Positions 57,314 through 64,000 of a DNA stretch of 64,000 bases are shown piece after piece. Made by a program: the position numbers and the translations under genes. This DNA is from an uncultured Candidatus Saccharibacteria bacterium (GTDB lineage: Bacteria > Patescibacteriota > Saccharimonadia > Saccharimonadales > Saccharimonadaceae). Within the stretch, counting starts at the first letter, position 1. The number at the start of each line of letters is the position of its first letter. Below the pieces are notes generated by a model. It saw only the letters and a program-made list of their open reading frames with translations. It was not told the DNA's origin and did not search any database. The stretch covers positions 3,854 to 67,853 of the forward strand of contig CAUVOX010000002.1 of the NCBI GenBank assembly GCA_963553945.1, read 5' to 3'.

Positions 57314-58590
57314 CCAAGCCGACCAAAAAAGGTACACATAAAGCAACGAAGACCAAGGCTAAGATCAAGACCATCGATAGACCGTCGCAGATTAACCCCG
57401 ACACCAAGCGCAACCATAAGGCAAGAGAACGTAAGCTAATACCCGCTAGACAGGCAGCTTACTATGTCCTCGCCTTTGGCTTTTCAGCTGCCACCATAGC
57501 TCTTTTCCCGGTCGAGGCAAACTTGTCCAAGCCACTCCTCACTCGACCGTACAACTTTTACCGCCTGGCTATCATTATCCTCGCCATCGTCTTTCTCTTG
57601 CTTGCCACCAAGCCGTCTTGGAGCAATACTCCACCTAGCCACGAGCCGTCACCTAAGGCTCGTCAATGGCTCTTGCGCCTCAGTATCGCCTTGCCGGTGA
57701 TAGCCATCGTTTTCTTAGTTATCCAGCTGGTTGCCCCCCAGTTCGCCACTCTACTAGTTCGTAAAGAATCGTGGCCCTTCTTCCGTAACGCCATCTTCAT
57801 CAAGAGTGCCTGTCAGCTCGTAGCCGCCATCGCCTTTATCAAAGTCGCCCGTCACTACTTTAGGCAACGTCAACGCTTGGCAATGATTCTAGCTATCGCC
57901 ACGGTTCTACTCCTAGGACTAATGGTTGGCGAGGAGCTAAGCTGGGGGCAGCGAATCTTTGGCTGGGGTACGCCATCATTCTTAGCTGAGATTAATTCCC
58001 AGTCAGAGATAAACTTACACAACATCAACACTCAGCTCGCTCAAAATATTCTTTATTTTGGCGGTTGGTCACTACTCATCGGCTTCGCTTTCTGGCGAGA
58101 GAGTCTGACCAAGCTACTCCGAAAGTGCCCTAAGGCCAGGCTGGATTTCTTAATAGACTGGCTGCCACCCGGCTGTTTCGTCGGACTCTTCGCCGTTGGC
58201 TTCGCTTTCTGCGACCCTCTGGTGTCCGACAGCGGTCTCTACTGCTCATCTAACTTATTTATCATTTTGGCGACAGCCTGCTTGCTATTGACTGAGCTCA
58301 GATACCGGCTCAAGCTTCGGTCTCAACCGAACACCGCTTCCGTTTTAGACAATACTGATGATAATAGGCACCAGGCTCTCCGGTTAGGAATATCGCTCCT
58401 CTGCTTCGTAACGGTGCTGGCCGGCAATTTGTTTAATGCAGATCTATGGAACTACAACTCAGGAGCGCCGACCGAGTATCTTGAGCTATTCATCAGTCTC
58501 GGTATTATGACCTGGGCGTTAACCGTCAAGTCTCGTCTAGTCAAGCCCAAAGTCAAGAGTTCTCCGGCTAAAACACCGAAGAGAGCCTAG
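57310..58590 (+). CDS. Polytopic membrane protein of unknown function
   Basis: Many TM segments; GEELSWGQRIFG...INSQSEINLHN motif; ATGA overlap with the PBP gene. Confidence 0.7.
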   Translation: MTKPTKKGTHKATKTKAKIKTIDRPSQINPDTKRNHKARERKLIPARQAAYYVLAFGFSAATIALFPVEANLSKPLLTRPYNFYRLAIIILAIVFLLLATKPSWSNTPPSHEPSPKARQWLLRLSIALPVIAIVFLVIQLVAPQFATLLVRKESWPFFRNAIFIKSACQLVAAIAFIKVARHYFRQRQRLAMILAIATVLLLGLMVGEELSWGQRIFGWGTPSFLAEINSQSEINLHNINTQLAQNILYFGGWSLLIGFAFWRESLTKLLRKCPKARLDFLIDWLPPGCFVGLFAVGFAFCDPLVSDSGLYCSSNLFIILATACLLLTELRYRLKLRSQPNTASVLDNTDDNRHQALRLGISLLCFVTVLAGNLFNADLWNYNSGAPTEYLELFISLGIMTWALTVKSRLVKPKVKSSPAKTPKRA

Positions 58591-58593
58591 AGG

Positions 58594-59553
58594 CTATTTA
58601 TTAGCCAGTCGAACCATCTCCGCCTCAGCAACCGTGCTGTTTGACTGACGTCGAGGCGTGCGAGGACGACGTGGCTGTTTCTTCGTAACCTCATCATCGT
58701 CGCTTCCGTCGGTCTGATTCGCCTGGATATGCTTGGGCTGATTATGACGACCGGGTCGTTTCTTGGCTAGTTGATCGGAATGAAAAGCGGATGTCAGCCG
58801 AGTCGATCTCGCCTCTTCACCGCTTCGCTTCGACTTACCCGGCTCGTTCTGCCCGGTAGTCCGCACCTTCTTAGCAAACATCATCCGCCCCGCCTCGGTT
58901 TGTAGCGAACGGACGATCTCGACCGTCAAGCGATGACCGATCTGCGCCTTAGCATCCTCTACCACCACCATCGTGCCATCCTCGAGATATCCCACCGCCT
59001 GATCCCGATTCGCACCCGGCTGAATTAGCTCTACCTCTATTCGCTCACCCGGTAGCAGTTGAGCTCGGAGCATTTGCGACAGTTCATTAACGTTGATTAC
59101 AGTCAGATTAATAACTTTAGCCACCTTATTCAGGTTGTAGTCAGTGGTAGCGATAGAAGCGTCGTACTTTTGCGCCAGCTCAAGCAACCGCTCATCAACT
59201 CCACCCGAGTCGACCAGCCCATCGTTAACGATGGCCACACTAACGGCATCCATCCGCTGAAGTACCCGGATGTTATCCAGCCCCTTGCGAGCCCGTAGCC
59301 TTTTATCGTGATCTGCCTTGTCAGCTAATAGCTGCAGTTCACGCACCACTGAGCGCGGAATGATAATCTCTGCCGTGATCACACCGGAGCGGGCTACGTC
59401 GACGATTCGTCCGTCCATGATTGAGCTGGTATCCAGCAAGATGGAGCCTCGAGCTACCTTGGGGTTACGCTGACGTAGTTTGAGGACCATTAACAAGGTC
59501 GTCTCGATAAATGTCGCTACCACTAAAGCAGTAGCAAATGATTGCATGTTCAT
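58594..59553 (-). CDS. PIN/TRAM-domain protein (YacL-like)
   Basis: LDTSSIMDGRI, ELQLLAD, TTDYNLNKVA, VGYLEDGTMVVVE, LQTEAGRMMFA. Confidence 0.9.
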   Translation of the reverse strand: MNMQSFATALVVATFIETTLLMVLKLRQRNPKVARGSILLDTSSIMDGRIVDVARSGVITAEIIIPRSVVRELQLLADKADHDKRLRARKGLDNIRVLQRMDAVSVAIVNDGLVDSGGVDERLLELAQKYDASIATTDYNLNKVAKVINLTVINVNELSQMLRAQLLPGERIEVELIQPGANRDQAVGYLEDGTMVVVEDAKAQIGHRLTVEIVRSLQTEAGRMMFAKKVRTTGQNEPGKSKRSGEEARSTRLTSAFHSDQLAKKRPGRHNQPKHIQANQTDGSDDDEVTKKQPRRPRTPRRQSNSTVAEAEMVRLANK

Positions 59554-59673
59554 AAATCAATAATTCCTTTCAGGAGTAGTATATCATATCAAAGCGTGAG
59601 TCAGTACACTTGCATTGACCATGTAATGCAATGTAGCCCGTAACGATAAATTAACCCTGCAGTTCGGAGCATG

Positions 59674-59883
59674 GTCTGTAATTTCCCCCTCTACGTATAA
59701 CTCTTTGGCGTACGAGTAGTACAGGTGGTCTCCTCAGGCCTGGCGACGTAGCTAGTACCACTGGCAATTGCTAGCTTACTGATATATCAACAGCCTTCGT
59801 CAACCACACTGTACTACTCGTACCTAGGAATGCCGATTTTAATTGAGGCTAGATTAAGAAATGAGACTAGGGAAATTACAGAC
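59674..59883. ncRNA. Candidate ~210 nt rod-like structured RNA (6S-like architecture)
   Basis: Nested perfect inverted repeats GTCTGTAATTTCCC/GGGAAATTACAGAC (14 bp) and GTACGAGTAGTACAG/CTGTACTACTCGTAC (15 bp) around a large bubble; inner GTGGT/ACCAC and AGCTAG/CTAGCT. Confidence 0.6.
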
Positions 59884-60013
59884 ATATAAATAATTTAGTC
59901 TTTTAGCCCAGAGTAACCATGAGGGCGGATTCATCACGGATTACCGAAGACTTCGTCAGTGTCTGAGGGAAGACGTGATGAATCTTTGAGCCCCTCACAC
60001 TAAAGGGTACAAC

Positions 60014-63000
60014 CTAACTCACTATCACCCTGAGAGCTTGCTTCATCCGGTTGTAGCCGGCTCGGTTCATACTATCGGCAACGAAATTGCCATGGGGTTT
60101 ATTCATAGTTCCCTTATGGTTCTCACCATAGTCCCAGACCGGATAGTGAACACAGAAGTCTTCAAACTTAGGATAGCTGTCTGCTGCAGCCAGGAAGTCT
60201 CTAGCAGCTTGCTTGAATGATCCGCCATGCTGCAGAATCCAGTTTTCGACACCGACGCCGCTTAAGCCACCGACGCCTTTGGCCTCGGGGTTACGCCATT
60301 GTTTGTAGACACCGGCAGCCTTGAGGAACTGCTTAGCGTAGATAATGTTAGCCAGGACTTGCCGGTATTTAGCTTCTGACTGTTGCTTGATATTATCTAG
60401 GCGATCAGCCAAAGCCATGTCGGTCGAGTACTGGACTTTATTAGTCTTCTGGGTCAGGGTAATGTCAATATCAACCGGCTCAGCCAGCCCGTCAATTGAT
60501 ACCTTTTTCAGGCGAAGGGTACCATTGACTATGACGCTTTTGTTATCTACTTGGTTCTCACCCACTTTGTCCTCATTGCGCCTTAAGCCGCCTGTTTGGT
60601 TTAGCTTGGTATTGTCGTTGATTTCATCCGTCTTGCCGAAGGCAGTCAGCAGGGCATCAATGATCCTCTGTTTCTTGGTTGGATCATTAAGGATACTTCT
60701 ATCCAGCCTAGCCAGGTAGTCAAAGTCACCCGGCCCGGGAGCGTTAGTCTGTCTGCCGGTTGAGCCGGTATCGATCATCTCAACTATATTTTCAGTTAGA
60801 TCACCATCCAGATAGTCCTTGTAGCTGAGATTTAGTTCCGGGATATTAGTGATAGCCTGCTTGATTGCCTGATTGATCACTTCATGCTTACGGTCGGTCT
60901 CAGCCATGCCGGCCGGGAGCTGGTCAATGATGGTGGTGGTGTCGGGGATGGTGGTTTCTCTGACATTGGTGGAAGGGAGCTCCAGCTCATCCTCCGGGGC
61001 AAATTGGTAGTCACCGGTGCGATAGTGACTGAGGCCGGACATCCGGGCTCTCATCTTATCGTAATCATCCGGGGTGAAGATGAGCTCCTCGCTATCTCTG
61101 TCGATTATCGGGATATAGAAGCCATTGAGGGCAATTTCCAACTTAGTAATCTCGGAGACGAGAGTGGAATCAGTGACGAAGAAGTCGACTGAGTCCATAC
61201 CAAAGCCGGTCCGAATGTCGTAGTGCCCGCTACCGTCCACGCTGGTAGCAAAAGCTTCCAGCTTAGCGAGAGCTTCTCTCTTATGGGTCCAGTCCGGCTC
61301 ATTTGGGTCGTAGACAGCCTGGTCAATCTCACCCCTATCTCGTCTAGTGACAATAAACCTATCCTCACCGGTAGCCTGGTCACTCCGTAGCACCGCCCAG
61401 AGACCACCGCCATGAACCTCAGCCAGCATGCGTTTGCCGTGATTATCGGTAATTTGGTTGACCGCCCACTTACCTCGCGGTTGGCGCAATACCACGTTCA
61501 TATCGGTACCAAGTGGCGTAGACTCACTACGAGATGAGTTACCCAAGTACTCCTTGGAAATAGAGCCGTTTTGAAAGATGTCGGAGAGATAACGGATACC
61601 ATAGCTATCAGTTCCACCTATATCTTTGACTAAGTCGCCCAACTGAAGCTTAGGCTCGCTGGTAGTAGCGAGGTATTCAGCTGTTTTACGGTTTCTGGCG
61701 TCCGCCTCCTTAACTACATTATCCATATACCGCTCAGCGTCAGCTAAGTCCTTGATACCGACGAAGTGGGCAAAGTAGCGAACCGCTCGGTCAGCTAAAG
61801 AGTATCGACCGTTGGGCTTGATCAGGCTGGTCAGGTTAGTAAAGTCGGTTTGGAGAGAGTCGTTTATGTCTTGATCTGCTTGTTGATGAATCAGCTGATA
61901 GGGATGTTCTTTGCCAGGCAAGGTGCTGTTATAGATAGTGGCTAGATGCCAAGCGAAGGTGCTGAGAGTGTCGTAATTAGCTTTAGTGTCCTTATCCATC
62001 AGGTCAGTTGGCTGATTAAAGGCATCCCAATCCAGCTCACCTGAGCTTAGCTGATCAAGTAGGGTTTGGCCATTCTTTAGAGTAGTCAGATACTCTCTGA
62101 TGGAGCGGTTGTTGGAGCCGAGTGAAGCTCGGAGCAAGTCCGAGATAATGATGGTATCCCTGCTATTCAGCATCTGATCCAGCTTGCCACTTCTTATATC
62201 GCCGGTGGCTTGCTGGAGGACGGGGCTGATCGTGTTAAACGAGCTAAAGCTAAAGTCAAAGTCTTCCCCCAGATTGGCGGACGAGTATATAGTGCGGAAG
62301 ACCAGGTAGTTCTTGCCGACGTATGGTAAGTGATTATGGATGAAGATATTTTCCACCCTATCCAGCGCCTCGGGAATCTTGTCTATATCCAGCTCAAGCA
62401 ACTCACGAGCGAAGTCTCCCGAACGCTCCGCCAGTTCACTGGAGTTGGAGTCAATCAAACGAACGATGATACCCGAGACCTGTTTGATTTGGTCAGTGGT
62501 TAGCCGGTCATAATGCTCCTTGATATACGACCCAAACACCTGACGAGGCTTATTCCAGTCATTTCCCTCGTCTATGCCGTCGTACCCCTCCATCACCGCT
62601 ATTTGCTTACCATCCAACCCCATCCGTTTTCTACCGGCCTTGTTTTGGCTCTGGTAGTATTTATAAATCAAGTCTAGATTGTGAGCGTCGGATGCAAAGG
62701 CGTCTTGCCAGAACTTCGGCTTAGGACCATTAGCGCCAAAGTAGTCAGCCAGGTTGTCAAGAGTTAGTTGATACTTCTTGATCTCGTCAGTATCAACGCA
62801 GTACTGCTCGCAGAACTCGAGAAGAGCCTTCTTATCGTCCGATAGCCTTGCCTGGAGATCAGGATTCTTCCGTAAGAAATCGATATCACTCAGCAGGATC
62901 TGATCAATCAGCTTGCCGGTCAAGCCATAGCCATTAACGTAGTCGGGCAGATTGTCCGGGTTCAGCCCCCATTTCTTGATATTACTATTATTCACCCGAT

Positions 63001-64000
63001 AGTTCTCGCAAAACTTGAATAGATCCCTCTCACCGTCCGACAATCCGGCGGTATTAACACATAGCTCCGGGTACTTGCGCAGTAGATTCATATCCTTAAA
63101 TAACATCTGACGGATTAGCTCATCTGTCGGACCATTAGCGTCAAAGTGGCGAACCGTAGCTCTGCGTAGCTCACCGGCGCTATCGGCATCAACGTAGTTC
63201 GCATAATTAAAATCGTGATTTCCATGAGAGCTTACCTTGGAAATGAACTTGAAATATGCTTTCTCAGCGTTACTATAGTGAGACCGCCAGTCCGGATCCA
63301 GTCTGGGCATTACCGCATCGAGACAGTCGTGCGCCGAACGATATCGTAAGAACACCTCGTCGTAGAATCTCTCCTTCTCTTGCCCGCCATTTAGTGATTT
63401 TTGATACTCTGCGACAAAACGAGGGCCAAGAGAATAACGAAATTGTTCAATCACCTTGGCATCATAGGTGCCGTCATCGCTCTTTAGATTATTTCTAATG
63501 AAGTCAACCAGCATCCTTCCACCATCGTCCTCATTAGTCTGATCCCGATGCGCCTCAAGAAACTCCGCTATCCGGGCGCATCGTACATTATCTAGCGGTG
63601 TATAGTAATGATCCAGCAGACCGGCCACGTCAAATTGACCCAGGAGTGATTCGGGAGAATTCTCGAAAAAGGCGTCTTTTAGGGTGCCATTTTCATCTAT
63701 CAGGTCAGACATTGCCAGTCCTTCCTTCTCCGCCATGTCAGAAGCACACCCGATACAAGTCTGCATAGCGGTAGCTCCTAAGTACTTTGACTGCTCGTGC
63801 CAGTAATTTGCCCTCTCATCATCACCGCTGGGTTTTAGATTTGGACTAATGAAGTACTGCCGATCTGCTGCACCCAGGCTAAACATCCGATCTATCTTGC
63901 GATACTGATAATGATATAGTCGGTCGACGTCATGACCATCAATCAAGCCTACTTGATAAATGATGTCCTGAGTGCCAATCATGTCGTCAATGCCCTTAGA
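60014..64000 (-). CDS. Giant multidomain protein with C-terminal Pol-beta-superfamily nucleotidyltransferase (5' end probably outside window)
   Basis: GSTGRQTNAPGPGDFDY, third Asp in VDIDI, AKQFLKAAGVY...GGLSGVGVENWILQHGGSF; frame open to the window edge. Confidence 0.75.
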   Translation of the reverse strand, partial: SKGIDDMIGTQDIIYQVGLIDGHDVDRLYHYQYRKIDRMFSLGAADRQYFISPNLKPSGDDERANYWHEQSKYLGATAMQTCIGCASDMAEKEGLAMSDLIDENGTLKDAFFENSPESLLGQFDVAGLLDHYYTPLDNVRCARIAEFLEAHRDQTNEDDGGRMLVDFIRNNLKSDDGTYDAKVIEQFRYSLGPRFVAEYQKSLNGGQEKERFYDEVFLRYRSAHDCLDAVMPRLDPDWRSHYSNAEKAYFKFISKVSSHGNHDFNYANYVDADSAGELRRATVRHFDANGPTDELIRQMLFKDMNLLRKYPELCVNTAGLSDGERDLFKFCENYRVNNSNIKKWGLNPDNLPDYVNGYGLTGKLIDQILLSDIDFLRKNPDLQARLSDDKKALLEFCEQYCVDTDEIKKYQLTLDNLADYFGANGPKPKFWQDAFASDAHNLDLIYKYYQSQNKAGRKRMGLDGKQIAVMEGYDGIDEGNDWNKPRQVFGSYIKEHYDRLTTDQIKQVSGIIVRLIDSNSSELAERSGDFARELLELDIDKIPEALDRVENIFIHNHLPYVGKNYLVFRTIYSSANLGEDFDFSFSSFNTISPVLQQATGDIRSGKLDQMLNSRDTIIISDLLRASLGSNNRSIREYLTTLKNGQTLLDQLSSGELDWDAFNQPTDLMDKDTKANYDTLSTFAWHLATIYNSTLPGKEHPYQLIHQQADQDINDSLQTDFTNLTSLIKPNGRYSLADRAVRYFAHFVGIKDLADAERYMDNVVKEADARNRKTAEYLATTSEPKLQLGDLVKDIGGTDSYGIRYLSDIFQNGSISKEYLGNSSRSESTPLGTDMNVVLRQPRGKWAVNQITDNHGKRMLAEVHGGGLWAVLRSDQATGEDRFIVTRRDRGEIDQAVYDPNEPDWTHKREALAKLEAFATSVDGSGHYDIRTGFGMDSVDFFVTDSTLVSEITKLEIALNGFYIPIIDRDSEELIFTPDDYDKMRARMSGLSHYRTGDYQFAPEDELELPSTNVRETTIPDTTTIIDQLPAGMAETDRKHEVINQAIKQAITNIPELNLSYKDYLDGDLTENIVEMIDTGSTGRQTNAPGPGDFDYLARLDRSILNDPTKKQRIIDALLTAFGKTDEINDNTKLNQTGGLRRNEDKVGENQVDNKSVIVNGTLRLKKVSIDGLAEPVDIDITLTQKTNKVQYSTDMALADRLDNIKQQSEAKYRQVLANIIYAKQFLKAAGVYKQWRNPEAKGVGGLSGVGVENWILQHGGSFKQAARDFLAAADSYPKFEDFCVHYPVWDYGENHKGTMNKPHGNFVADSMNRAGYNRMKQALRVIVS

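Noticed and set aside
59929..59987. GTGATGA/CTGA box C/D-like or hammerhead CTGAnGA motifs; possible TIGR array
   Set aside because: GTGATGA is sequestered in a perfect stem, there is no GAAA partner, no periodic repeat and no Nop-domain gene in the window
216..63498. Numerous short antisense or alternate-frame ORFs in the track (e.g. 24799-25359, 33516-34010, 40849-41349)
   Set aside because: They lie within well-supported genes and carry no recognisable motifs
1..64000. CRISPR array, integrase, transposase, reverse transcriptase, prophage genes, rRNA
   Set aside because: No repeat-spacer periodicity or diagnostic motifs seen on reading

Overview
64 kb of bacterial chromosome, most consistent with a Patescibacteria/CPR organism, probably Ca. 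Saccharibacteria (TM7). That assignment is an inference from the compact gene set, standard code with TGA stops, the divergent TyrRS motif, no rimM at the rpsP-trmD locus, and many apparently leaderless genes. Core genes include GT4 glycosyltransferases, trxB/glutaredoxin, GH13 enzymes, dinB, uppP, a P1B-ATPase, rpsP-khpA-trmD, three tRNAs, ABC exporters, rsmD, recG, tyrS, a class A PBP and a PIN/TRAM protein. They flank a ~21 kb defence island (26.9-47.8 kb) carrying a Type III and a Type I R-M system. Each R-M operon has embedded cargo: an ABC-ATPase/TOPRIM nuclease, RhuM proteins and an unknown two-gene cassette. The island also holds Fic, HEPN-like, LexA-like, KTSC-like and RadC genes. Most notable: (i) a giant (>1322 aa) protein with an ART-like region and a C-terminal Pol-beta-family nucleotidyltransferase, followed by a ~400 nt highly structured non-coding region; (ii) two repeat tracts in hsdS that could switch specificity; (iii) R-M-embedded candidate guard systems; (iv) an 18-bp repeat shared by the fic promoter and the codons just before its active site; (v) a promoter/terminator-bounded sRNA. 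All family calls come from motif recognition by eye; no searches were run.
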